DNA of 64,000 bases from an uncultured delta proteobacterium (GTDB taxonomy: Bacteria > Desulfobacterota > Desulfobacteria > Desulfobacterales > QNYZ01), in NCBI GenBank assembly GCA_963845145.1, contig CAWJQU010000001.1:224001-288000 (forward strand), read 5' to 3'. The notes beneath the pieces were generated by a model. It made no database searches. It saw only the letters and a list, made by a program, of their open reading frames with translations, and was not told the DNA's origin. A program made the position numbers and the translations under genes. Each line of letters begins with the position of its first letter. Within the stretch, counting starts at the first letter, position 1. Below, piece after piece: positions 53,004 to 62,054 of the stretch.

Positions 53004-54377
53004 ATGTATGAGGCAGCTTTCGACAAGGAAAAACTATCGGGCTCATACGTACAAAAAATTTCACAATTGATAAAAGATAAATATCCCTGGGAAAGAGAAT
53101 ATATCCAGGCGGTCGACGAGCTTCTTTCGACATTGAGTCCCCTTTTTGACCAGGAGCCCCTCTATCAAGACGAACGTATCCTGGAAAGGATAGTCGAACC
53201 TGAGCGGATCGTTATCTTCAGGGTGCCCTGGCGGGACGCTACCGGCACCATTCAGGTTAACACCGGGTATCGAATCGGGTTTAACAGCGCGCTCGGACCA
53301 TACAAAGGCGGCTTGCGGTTCCATGCCTCGGTAACCCTGAGTATACTGAAATTTCTTGGCTTTGAGCAGATGTTCAAAAACGCCTTAACCGGTCTCTCTC
53401 TGGGTGGTGGCAAAGGTGGTAGCGATTTCAGCCCCCGTGGTAAATCCGATATCGAAATCGAAAATTTTTGCCAGAGCTTTATGATTGGTCTGTATAATCA
53501 TATTGGTCCCAATACCGATGTGCCCGCCGGCGATATCGGCGTAGGTGCCCGGGAAATCGGTTATTTATTTGGTCAATATAAACGTCTTAAAAATGTGTTT
53601 GAGGGCGTGTTGACCGGAAAAGGAACCGACTGGGGCGGTTCCGCTATCCGGCCGGAAGCCACAGGATACGGTGCCGTCTATTTTGCCGAAGAAATGTTGA
53701 AAACTCGCGGTGAGCACATCGATGGCAAAATAGTGGCCGTTTCAGGTTTTGGAAATGTTGCCTGGGGCGTAGCCAAAAAGATTACGGAAATGGGAGCCAA
53801 GGTGATCACACTTTCCGGACCGGATGGGTTTATCTATGACAAAGACGGTGTCCAGGGGGAAAAGATCGATTACATGTTGCGCATGCGCTCCAGCGGCCGC
53901 GACCAGGTGCAGGATTATTCCGATAAGTTTAAGGTTGATTTTTATCCGGAAAAACGCCCGTGGGGCGTCGAATGCGACATCGCCTTCCCCTGTGCCTGTG
54001 AAAATGAGATGGATGTCGAAGATGCTAAGGCGCTTGTCCGCAACGGATGCATGTGCGTCACCGAATGCGCCAATATGCCCTTAACTCCGGATGCCATCGA
54101 GTTTTTACTTGAAAGCAACATTCTCTATTCTCCCGGAAAAGCATCCAATGCCGGAGGTGTTGCCTGTTCCGGATTCGAAATGGCGCAAAATAGCACTAAA
54201 ATAAAGTGGACAGAGGAAGAGGTCGACCAAAGATTGCGGCAAGTGATGACCGACATTCACCGGAACTGCTTGCAGGCAGCTGAAAGATACGGCGAGCCTG
54301 GTAATTATTTCAGCGGAGCAAATATTGCGGGATTTATAAAAGTGGCAAACGCTATGCTTGATCAAGGCAATACTTGA
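53004..54377 (+). CDS. gdhA: NADP-specific glutamate dehydrogenase
   Basis: GPYKGGLRFH, GGGKGGSDF, DVPAGDIGVG, RPEATGYG, GFGNV. Confidence 0.96.
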   Translation: MYEAAFDKEKLSGSYVQKISQLIKDKYPWEREYIQAVDELLSTLSPLFDQEPLYQDERILERIVEPERIVIFRVPWRDATGTIQVNTGYRIGFNSALGPYKGGLRFHASVTLSILKFLGFEQMFKNALTGLSLGGGKGGSDFSPRGKSDIEIENFCQSFMIGLYNHIGPNTDVPAGDIGVGAREIGYLFGQYKRLKNVFEGVLTGKGTDWGGSAIRPEATGYGAVYFAEEMLKTRGEHIDGKIVAVSGFGNVAWGVAKKITEMGAKVITLSGPDGFIYDKDGVQGEKIDYMLRMRSSGRDQVQDYSDKFKVDFYPEKRPWGVECDIAFPCACENEMDVEDAKALVRNGCMCVTECANMPLTPDAIEFLLESNILYSPGKASNAGGVACSGFEMAQNSTKIKWTEEEVDQRLRQVMTDIHRNCLQAAERYGEPGNYFSGANIAGFIKVANAMLDQGNT

Positions 54378-54467
54378 TTTTGGTTACTTCATCTCCATTT
54401 AATTTAATGGGAAAAAACACGATATTGACGGGATGTCAATAGGTTTTATGTGAACTCGCTCCAAACT

Positions 54468-54496
54468 AAAAGGCCCAATCAGAAGATTGGGCCTTT
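54468..54496. terminator. rho-independent terminator
   Basis: AAAGGCCCAATC-agaa-GATTGGGCCTTT. Confidence 0.8.
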
Positions 54497-54504
54497 ATAA
54501 ATTT

Positions 54505-54549
54505 TGGCTCCCCTGTCCGCCTCAGGCGGGGACTCTACCAACTGAGCTA
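54505..54549 (-). other. tRNA-derived element: D-arm, GC hairpin, acceptor 3' strand with CCA
   Basis: TAGCTCAGTTGGTAGAG-TCCCCGCCTGAGGCGGAC-AGGGGAGCCA directly after the GIY-YIG stop codon. Confidence 0.75.
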
Positions 54550-54807
54550 TTACTTCAGAATCTTTGCTTTTATCCATTCTCTTCCCTTGCCACTTTTCAA
54601 AAATCGCTCCCTTTTCATCGCTTCCGCTCTCGTGGGATATTCTTCAGAATAAATGAGGTGCCATACCCCTTTTTGTTTATGAGTATACCTTTGGGATCCG
54701 GGTTCTTCCCTGTTGTGACGTTCAAGGCGTTTGGTCAGATCCGAGGTTTGGCCTTTGTAGAGTTTGCCGGAAGTATGGTTTTGGAGAATATAAACCCAAT
54801 AGGGCAT
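54550..54807 (-). CDS. small GIY-YIG nuclease family protein
   Basis: VYILQ..LYKGQTSDL.KRL.RHN..YT..EAMKRERFLKSGKGR. Confidence 0.92.
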   Translation of the reverse strand: MPYWVYILQNHTSGKLYKGQTSDLTKRLERHNREEPGSQRYTHKQKGVWHLIYSEEYPTRAEAMKRERFLKSGKGREWIKAKILK

Positions 54808-54811
54808 TTCA

Positions 54812-55405
54812 GGTTCATCCGGTTTTAGCGTACTTGACGATCAATAAATAAAGTGGACAATCAGGCTTTTTTCTTCTGACCTGCAAATCAAAAAGGAGAA
54901 ACCCTCATGTCCACAAGTCTGCTGTATCATGCTTTTGGCGTCTGTGGCTATTACCATGTAATACCAAATATAAAGAAGGCGCGGTGATTTTCGCTATCGA
55001 ACAAGATATAACCGCATTGCGATGTGCCCATTGCAACTCGCCGCTGGTGACCCGGCGAGGCCAAAAATGGCGGCAGTTTCGAACGGTGCCCATCGGTTCA
55101 CACACTGTATGGGTACGATTAGCTATCCAGAGAGATTTTTGTAAATTGTGTTGCCTGGTTCGTCAGGTAAAAATCCACTTTGTCGTTCCTCGCCGGAGCT
55201 ATACTCGGTCTTTTGAACGCTATGCCCTGGATTTGTCAAAGCATATGATCATCAAGGATGTTGCCCGGCATCTTGGTGTTAGCTGGGATGTGATCAAAGA
55301 GATCCAAAAACGCTACCTTAAAAAAAACATGGCCGATCCAGCCTTAAGGGTGTATCCCTCATAACTATAGATGAGATCAGCATCGGTAAGAATCATCTGT
55401 ATCCG
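54812..55405 (+). mobile_element. ISL3-family left end plus truncated transposase
   Basis: GGTTCATCCG terminus; MSTSLLYHAFG from 54907, CxxC..CxxC zinc finger, SYTRSFERYALDL..VARHLGVSWD, IDEISIGK. Confidence 0.85.
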
Positions 55406-55481
55406 TTGTTTTGGATTGTACATCGACTTTTTCTTTATCCGCTTTTGCCAATGTAGCGTAGATTCTTTTTCTGCAGCCAGC

Positions 55482-55526
55482 CTTCAAATCCGTAAGCCGT
55501 CCGTTCGAATCGGGCCGGGCGTACCA
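55482..55526 (+). other. 3' half of a tRNA (Arg-like); probable attachment-site scar
   Basis: T-arm GTCCG-TTCGAAT-CGGGC followed by CGGGCGT-ACCA; no pairing 5' half upstream. Confidence 0.75.
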
Positions 55527-55711
55527 ATTTTGTTCAAGTAGTTATGACCTTAGGACTGCAATCCCTTTTTTCATTTTGAGAGGATCTGTATAGGAAAAAT
55601 GAACCAATTTAAATTGTCAAACGGCACTTAATTCATCAACTTATTGAATTTATAACGTTTTTATGGTAATTAGAGAGAACTGTACAGCCAATCACTCTTG
55701 AGGAGTTACCT

Positions 55712-57229
55712 TTGGCGCTTTACAAATGGCAAATCTTCGGCCTTGTTTTTTTTTGCACTGTCATTTTATTATTTGGTGTCAAGCTGCTTATACAGCGGTC
55801 GCGACACGGCCGGGCAAAAGAGGCATTGCGCGTTAGTGAAGAAAGATATCGTTCGGTACTTGGCGGCTCTACCGACGGCCTCTGGGATTGGGACCTGTTG
55901 TCGGACACTGTTTTTTACTCGGATCGTTTTCTGGACATTCTTGGCGTTTCACCTGAAAATTTTCCGGGTAAAATAACCTCTTTTCGTCGCCGACTTCATC
56001 CCGATGATGCGAAAGCCACTTGGGCGGCCATCGAGCACCATCTTAATGACCGCATTCCCTTTAAAACCGAATACCGCCTGCGAACGGAATCGGGCGCTTA
56101 TCTGTGGTTTTTAGCACGCGGCCAGGCAGCCTGGGATCCTGAAGGAAATCCCGTCCGGATGTCGGGATGGATTCAGGACATCACCGAGCGAAAGGAAGCC
56201 GAACTCAATCTTCTGCATGCCCTTTCGGAAATAGAGAAATTAAAAGATAGACTCGAGGCGGAAAGGGCTTACCTGCAGGATGAAATTACGTTTCGATACA
56301 ACCACGAGAATATCGTCGGTCAAAGTGAGGCGCTCGCATATGTGCTGTACAAGGTAGAACAAATTGCCGCTACCGATACAACTGTGCTGGTTTTAGGCGA
56401 GACCGGTACCGGCAAGGAACTGGTTGCCAGGTCCATTCACAACCTTAGCCTGCGAAAAGATCACGCCCTAATAAAAATAAACTGCGCCGCCCTGCCGGCC
56501 AATCTTATCGACAGCGAGCTTTTCGGCCACGAGAAAGGCGCTTTTACCGGTGCCCATGCCAAACAGCGCGGGCGCTTTGAAGTGGCGAATGGTAAAACCC
56601 TTTTTTTAGATGAGATCGGCGAACTGCCGTTGGATTTGCAACCCAAACTGCTAAGGGTGCTCCAGGATGGCGAGTTTGAACGGCTGGGAAGCACCAAAAC
56701 GATCAAAGTCGATGTGAGAGTGATTGCGGCCACCAACCGCCATCTCGAAAAGGAGGTCCGCGAGGGGCGTTTTCGGGAAGATCTGTGGTACCGGTTGAAT
56801 ATTTTTCCGATTACCGTACCTCCTTTGCGTGAGCGCAGTGAAGATATTCCCCAGCTGGTCGATTACTTTGTCAAATTAATTTCCAAAAGGTTGGGCAAGT
56901 CCATTGCGGGTATTCCAACGACCGTGATGGAAGCGTTGCAGAATTATCACTGGCCTGGCAACATACGTGAACTTGGAAACGTTCTCGAACGGGCGGTGAT
57001 CAACTCATCAGGACCCAAACTGCACCTGGTAGACGACCTTAAAAAGCCGAACAAGGGTTTAACAGAACCGAACCAGACCCTTGCAGATATTGAACGGGAG
57101 TATATCGTTCGCGTATTAGAGCAAACCCAGTGGAAAGTGAGCGGTAAAAACAGCGCGGCCGAGATCCTTGGTCTTGAGCGCAGCACATTGCGCGCGCGCA
57201 TGCGTAAATTAGGTATTCGAAAGCAGTAA
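55712..57229 (+). CDS. PAS-domain sigma-54 activator (FhlA-like AAA+ domain), probably N-terminally truncated
   Basis: single TM, PAS (DGLWDW..HPDD), GETGTGKE, GAFTGA, HTH. Confidence 0.88.
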   Translation: MALYKWQIFGLVFFCTVILLFGVKLLIQRSRHGRAKEALRVSEERYRSVLGGSTDGLWDWDLLSDTVFYSDRFLDILGVSPENFPGKITSFRRRLHPDDAKATWAAIEHHLNDRIPFKTEYRLRTESGAYLWFLARGQAAWDPEGNPVRMSGWIQDITERKEAELNLLHALSEIEKLKDRLEAERAYLQDEITFRYNHENIVGQSEALAYVLYKVEQIAATDTTVLVLGETGTGKELVARSIHNLSLRKDHALIKINCAALPANLIDSELFGHEKGAFTGAHAKQRGRFEVANGKTLFLDEIGELPLDLQPKLLRVLQDGEFERLGSTKTIKVDVRVIAATNRHLEKEVREGRFREDLWYRLNIFPITVPPLRERSEDIPQLVDYFVKLISKRLGKSIAGIPTTVMEALQNYHWPGNIRELGNVLERAVINSSGPKLHLVDDLKKPNKGLTEPNQTLADIEREYIVRVLEQTQWKVSGKNSAAEILGLERSTLRARMRKLGIRKQ

Positions 57230-57341
57230 TTTTATTTCCACCCCGAGACCCGAATAGGTCTCTCTTCTCAAACCATCCTCCAAAGTTAGACTGTGCCTTC
57301 CATTATGCCACAGCCACCTGGCCCACGACATCGAACGATTG

Positions 57342-57382
57342 AATGAGGTTAAATATGACCTTTGGTCAAATATGACCTCATT
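57342..57382. promoter_or_regulatory. tandem palindromic enhancer-like site
   Basis: two GGT(T/C)AAATATGACC units inside the outer palindrome AATGAGG..CCTCATT. Confidence 0.7.
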
Positions 57383-57475
57383 TGTTTGCCTGTTTGACAC
57401 CTTAGAAGAATCAATTTTTTGCAATTCTTCCAATAAATTAGAATGTTGCATGAAACAAACAACGCCTGCAAAAAT

Positions 57476-57491
57476 TGGCACGAAACTTGAT
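57476..57491 (+). promoter_or_regulatory. sigma-54 (-24/-12) promoter
   Basis: TGGCAC-N5-TTGAT about 95 nt after the palindromes. Confidence 0.7.
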
Positions 57492-57599
57492 TGTTTATAA
57501 AAGAGCTGAAAATGCCAGAAGCGTCCTATAACCAAGAAAGAAACTAAACCTGTTTCGGATCTTGCCTTGCAACCCGTTTCGAGTTTAGGCGAGGGCGAG

Positions 57600-57690
57600 G
57601 TTAAAGTTTCAGAACTTTGCTACCGCAGACTTTTTGAGGCCGCCCAAGACGGTATCTTGATTATTGATGCCGATAGTGGCCGCATATGGC
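57600..57690 (+). pseudogene. PAS-domain gene fragment
   Basis: SELCYRRLFEAAQDGILIIDADSGRI then loss of similarity. Confidence 0.65.
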
Positions 57691-57770
57691 ATTTTTGCCG
57701 ATGTTAATTGGCGCCATCATAATTTATGTGGTGGGTATATATAACCTTCATAATTAAATGAGGAGGGGTT

Positions 57771-58190
57771 ATGTTTAAAAAATTACCAAGTGGGTTGGAT
57801 ATGGCGATCCAAAAAGCAGTGGAGCAAGCGAGGGATACAAACTATTTTGAGGCCAGTACAACCGGTCGTGGGGTTTATCCTTTCATCAATTTGTTTGAGA
57901 AGGAAGGGGACTTGGTGTTGGCCGCTGAATTGCCTGGAGTAAAAAAAGAGGAATTGACTTTGGAAATAAGAGAAGATGTTCTGCGTCTGGCCGGTGCACG
58001 TAAAATTGAGTATGGCGAAGATTGCAGTTGCCATCGTCTGGAACGTAAAGGGTTAAACTTTGATCGTTCCATAAAATTGCCTTTTCGTATAGAGGGGGGC
58101 AAGATCCACGCAGACTTTGAGAATGGATTGTTAATGGTGAGTCTGCCACGGGCAGAGGCGGACAAACCCAAACAAATTGTTATCAACTAA
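57771..58190 (+). CDS. Hsp20/alpha-crystallin family protein
   Basis: AELPGV, F.RSIKLP, A.FENGLL.V.LP. Confidence 0.93.
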   Translation: MFKKLPSGLDMAIQKAVEQARDTNYFEASTTGRGVYPFINLFEKEGDLVLAAELPGVKKEELTLEIREDVLRLAGARKIEYGEDCSCHRLERKGLNFDRSIKLPFRIEGGKIHADFENGLLMVSLPRAEADKPKQIVIN

Positions 58191-58213
58191 TTTGGATGAA
58201 TAAGGAGGATACC

Positions 58214-58621
58214 ATGGCTGAAAATCAAGTAGTCACCAAAACCGAAGCTCAAGATCTGCAAAAGCAGGAGCATAAAGAAGAACGAACTGTCCCGGGACGA
58301 TTTTTTATTCCACAGACCGATATTGTAGAAAATAAAGAAAGTCTGGTTATAACGATGGATCTGCCTGGAGTAAAGAAAGAGGATGTGAACATTAAATTGG
58401 AGAATAATCTACTTGAGGTAGAAGGCCGGATTGATTATGCACCCTATGAAAAACTCAATCCTGTATATACTGAGTACAACATAGGCAATTATGCGCGAAG
58501 ATTTACTGTCTCCAATGCGCTCGATACCAGTAATATCGAGGCTGTTCTTAGAGACGGGGTCCTATCCCTGACGTTACTCAAGGCGCCTGAAGCAAAACCG
58601 AGGGAAATTTCTGTCAAATAA
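58214..58621 (+). CDS. Hsp20/alpha-crystallin family protein
   Basis: P.TDI.E, DLPGV, Y.RRF, DGVL.L.L.K; AAGGAGG RBS. Confidence 0.93.
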   Translation: MAENQVVTKTEAQDLQKQEHKEERTVPGRFFIPQTDIVENKESLVITMDLPGVKKEDVNIKLENNLLEVEGRIDYAPYEKLNPVYTEYNIGNYARRFTVSNALDTSNIEAVLRDGVLSLTLLKAPEAKPREISVK

Positions 58622-58629
58622 AATGCTCA

Positions 58630-58673
58630 GTAGGAACGTACTGCATTTGCTCCAGCGTACCAGCGTTCCTACT
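58630..58673. terminator. hairpin after hsp20 pair
   Basis: AGTAGGAACG ... CGTTCCTACT 10-bp inverted repeat. Confidence 0.45.
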
Positions 58674-58779
58674 AAGTTTAATTTCCTCAAACTCTCTTTT
58701 ATCGACCGATAACAAAGCCGGAAAGGCGGACGCGTAGTTAAATGATGAGTTAACCATTACTTTTGTGGACAACTGAACT

Positions 58780-59952
58780 TTGGCCCAGTTTATTTCAAAC
58801 AATAAAATCAATCTGTTGCAAAATGGTGAGGAGTATTTTCCAGCAATGGAAGCGGCGCTGGACCGTGCGATGCATGAAATTTACCTGGAAAGCTATATTT
58901 TCGAAAATGACAATACCGGAAAGCGCATTGTGGAAGCGCTTAGACGGGCAGCTTTTCGCGGCGTAAAAACCCATATGCTGATCGATGGCTTCGGATCGAA
59001 TCGTTTTCCGAAAACCATGATCAATTACCTTGAAGCGGCCGGCGTAATGGTGCTGAAGTTTCGGCCCAAGATATCGCCTTGGACGCTACGACGACGGAGA
59101 TTGCGCCGTCTGCACCGGAAAATTGTGGTCGTGGACCGGGATATTGCTTTTGTTGGCGGTATTAATATTGTCGATGATATGGGTGTGGCCAATCAAACTT
59201 CGCCCCGTTATGACTACGCTGTCAGCGTGGAGGGGCCGCTGGTGGAAGGCATTCATGCTTCCGCCAGACATGTGTGGTCTCGAGTCGCCTGGAGGCGAAT
59301 GCGTAACTACTGGAAGCGGAATGTAGCCGGGCACGCTTCTTCGAGCGAACCCCGTGGGCGCATGCGTGCTACTTTTCTGCTGCGGGATAACATCCACCAT
59401 CGTCGCGATATCGAAGATGCCTATCTACAGGCGATCGATCAGGCGCGATACGAAATTATTCTTGCCAGTGCCTACTTTTTGCCCGGATTGAATTTTCGAC
59501 ATGCGCTTTTGGATGCGGCCAGGCGAGGTGTCCGGGTGGTTTTACTGTTGCAGGGAAAGATGGATCACCCGTTGCTTCATTATGCCTCACATGCCCTATA
59601 TGGCAATTTCCTCGATGCAGGGATTGAGATCTATGAATACCGCAAGAGCCTATTGCACGCCAAAGTTGCAGTGATTGATGAACATTGGGCCACGGTGGGG
59701 TCCTCAAACCTTGACCCTTTCAGTCTGCTGCTTTCTCTCGAAGCCAATGTCATCGTTGACGATGGGAATTTTGCCAATGAATTGAAATACAGCCTGGAGC
59801 AGGCTGTCAAAATGGGAGCAGGACGCGTAAATGAGAAAAATTTGAGAGCGCAGACAACAAGAATGCGGCTGGCAAGTTGGCTCAGTTACGGTTTAGTGCG
59901 ATTTTTGATAGGAATCGCGGGATATGCTCCAGGAAAAAGCAAGGCCCACTAA
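58780..59952 (+). CDS. clsB: cardiolipin synthase ClsB
   Basis: two HKD motifs (HRKIVVVD, HAKVAVID), LLQNGEEYFP, GSSNLDPFSL. Confidence 0.9.
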   Translation: MAQFISNNKINLLQNGEEYFPAMEAALDRAMHEIYLESYIFENDNTGKRIVEALRRAAFRGVKTHMLIDGFGSNRFPKTMINYLEAAGVMVLKFRPKISPWTLRRRRLRRLHRKIVVVDRDIAFVGGINIVDDMGVANQTSPRYDYAVSVEGPLVEGIHASARHVWSRVAWRRMRNYWKRNVAGHASSSEPRGRMRATFLLRDNIHHRRDIEDAYLQAIDQARYEIILASAYFLPGLNFRHALLDAARRGVRVVLLLQGKMDHPLLHYASHALYGNFLDAGIEIYEYRKSLLHAKVAVIDEHWATVGSSNLDPFSLLLSLEANVIVDDGNFANELKYSLEQAVKMGAGRVNEKNLRAQTTRMRLASWLSYGLVRFLIGIAGYAPGKSKAH

Positions 59953-60018
59953 AGCCGATCGAAAAGGCAGCTTGAATGGCAGGCGCGTCAGTCACTGTAT
60001 ACCAAATCGGGATGTGTA

Positions 60019-61332
60019 ATGAAAACCTACCAGGATATAAAATCGGCAGCGACCATTGATGCGGCAATCCCCTATACTGAAACGCTGCTGGGTATTCGTT
60101 TCAAGAATACCAAAAAGAATCGGTACAGCGCTCCATGCCCATTCCACGCCGACACCAAAGAGAGTTTCATGGTGTATGTTAATAAAGAGGATGAGGTCCG
60201 TTTCCACTGCTTCGGTGCCTGTAAAGGCGATTGGGACATTTACGACCTGATTATGCTGCGTAAGAAATATCGGTTCAGAAAGGCACAGCAGGTTTGGGCT
60301 AAGCATCTGGGTGTCGCGGATTTCAAGTTTGATGCCGGCAGCAGCTCCTGTATTCCTGAACCTGATGAGACACCAGAGCCCGATGATCCGGTTGGTTTTG
60401 TTAAAGCGATGAAAAGTGATCCAAAAAATGTTACCGCTTTGGAAGCTGCCGCCGATTTCTACAATGACCTTTTGATGTCAAATGAAAACCGATTCAAGCA
60501 CATTTGGGATTATCTTGCCCGCCGGGGCGTCGGAAAAGACGCCATAAAAAAGTTTAACATCGGCTACGCCCCTCCTTACAGTGATGAACAGCGCCAAGGC
60601 AGGGCGCTGATAGATAGCTTCCTACCGCGCTTTGAAAAGGATAACGAGACCTTCAATGCCTTCACGGATGCCGGCTTGGCCAGATTGTTAAACGACAACA
60701 GCGTCAATGGATATGGATACTATTGCCGGCAGATCGATTTCAGACGCAAATATCCGTTTTCAAGAAATTACGGTGATTCTTTAGCCGGACGGATAGTGTT
60801 TCCTATTTATGATTCAAATGTTCTCACGACTGGATTGGTCGGCAGACACCCGGGCGACAGGGGCGTTCGCTGGCTCAAACAACAGAGCAGAGAAGTTCCC
60901 CTTTCCGATAGAGCCTGGCTTTACGGCATTGAAAAGGCAGCGCTGTATATCCGGCAATACCGGACAATCATTCTGGTGGAGGGCATCTTTGATTATTTTG
61001 CCCTCTACAACCTGCTCCAGGACCAGGACAAACCGGTCGTGGTTTCGACACTGGGCTCCTATGTCACCACCGAGGCGACGACGATTCTTATGAGCCTTGA
61101 TATCGAGCACTTCATTGTCGCGTACAATTGGGACGAACTCGGCAGAAACGGCATCGAACGGATGGCAGCCAAATCAAACGGGTGGGTCTATTACCTTGGC
61201 GGCCCGGCTAAAGATCAGGATCCTTACGATATGTTGCAGCCAGCGATCAAGGGCATCAGTGGCTTTTCCCTGAAACCTATGATGACCGATGCACCGGCAA
61301 ACAATAGGAGGAAAAAAAGGCTGATATCATAA
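60019..61332 (+). CDS. DNA primase-like protein (CHC2 zinc finger plus Toprim), no DnaB-binding domain
   Basis: CPFH..FHCFGAC, YLARRG, IGYAP, GRIVFPI, LYG, VEGIFD. Confidence 0.82.
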   Translation: MKTYQDIKSAATIDAAIPYTETLLGIRFKNTKKNRYSAPCPFHADTKESFMVYVNKEDEVRFHCFGACKGDWDIYDLIMLRKKYRFRKAQQVWAKHLGVADFKFDAGSSSCIPEPDETPEPDDPVGFVKAMKSDPKNVTALEAAADFYNDLLMSNENRFKHIWDYLARRGVGKDAIKKFNIGYAPPYSDEQRQGRALIDSFLPRFEKDNETFNAFTDAGLARLLNDNSVNGYGYYCRQIDFRRKYPFSRNYGDSLAGRIVFPIYDSNVLTTGLVGRHPGDRGVRWLKQQSREVPLSDRAWLYGIEKAALYIRQYRTIILVEGIFDYFALYNLLQDQDKPVVVSTLGSYVTTEATTILMSLDIEHFIVAYNWDELGRNGIERMAAKSNGWVYYLGGPAKDQDPYDMLQPAIKGISGFSLKPMMTDAPANNRRKKRLIS

Positions 61333-61400
61333 TGTTCAGCGTCGCCCCCTATTGCAATCATCCGTAATGGAAGAACAGCTTCAGACTATGGAGAATAAAC

Positions 61401-61637
61401 ATGAATGTTAAAATTATTACCAGCATAATCCTGGCCGGACTGGCGGTCGTATTAATCATCCAGAATGTCGTGGTAGTGGAGCTCAGATTATTTTTCTGGA
61501 CACTGTCGATGTCCAGGGCATTGTTGATGTTCCTCATTTTGTCGGTGGGAATCATCCTGGGCTGGCTGCTGCGCGCAACCTACAATCGAAGAAAAAGCAA
61601 TTCCCACACCAAACACGACGCTGTTGTTGCCGAATAG
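61401..61637 (+). CDS. LapA/DUF1049 family small membrane protein
   Basis: two TM helices, QN..V...FFW pattern. Confidence 0.8.
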   Translation: MNVKIITSIILAGLAVVLIIQNVVVVELRLFFWTLSMSRALLMFLILSVGIILGWLLRATYNRRKSNSHTKHDAVVAE

Positions 61638-61776
61638 AGGATTACTTGGTGGCTCCAAAGCAAGTTACGCGTTCTTCTAATTGGAGGAATATGAGCGGAA
61701 AAAATAGCCATGGAATCATAATCCGATCAGCATCAACACCGGAGATGGCGATGTCATCGCCATGAAGGACAGGATT

Positions 61777-62036
61777 ATGGAAAAGAATATACCGCGCCAC
61801 CTCTGTTTCCCCATTTGCAGGAGCGCCTCGCAGGTTTGGAGGCGCTGGCGGAAAATCTCTGGTGGAGCTGGAATCCGGGTGCCCGCATGCTGTTTAAGAC
61901 ACTCGACCGACAGGCCTGGAAGGAAAGCGGCCACAACCCAGACAAAATGCTCAGAGAGTTACCCAGCGAGATTCTGGATAAGGCCAGCGATGATATGGAG
62001 AAAAGAGAATTCAAAGTGGTAGTATTTGTTGTGTAA
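61777..62036 (+). pseudogene. alpha-glucan phosphorylase N-terminal (DUF3417) fragment
   Basis: ERLAGLEALAENLWWSWNPGARMLF..W..SGHNP then early stop. Confidence 0.8.
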
Positions 62037-62054
62037 TAGAATTGGAGGGAATAA

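Noticed and set aside
54424..54440. Fnr/Crp-like palindrome ATTGAC-N5-GTCAAT
   Set aside because: Spacing differs from the Fnr box and it lies between convergent gene ends
55475..55526. Possible tRNA-Sec or UGA suppressor because the loop reads CTTCAAA
   Set aside because: No 5' half, no paired anticodon stem and no long variable arm; better explained as a decayed tRNA-Arg 3' fragment
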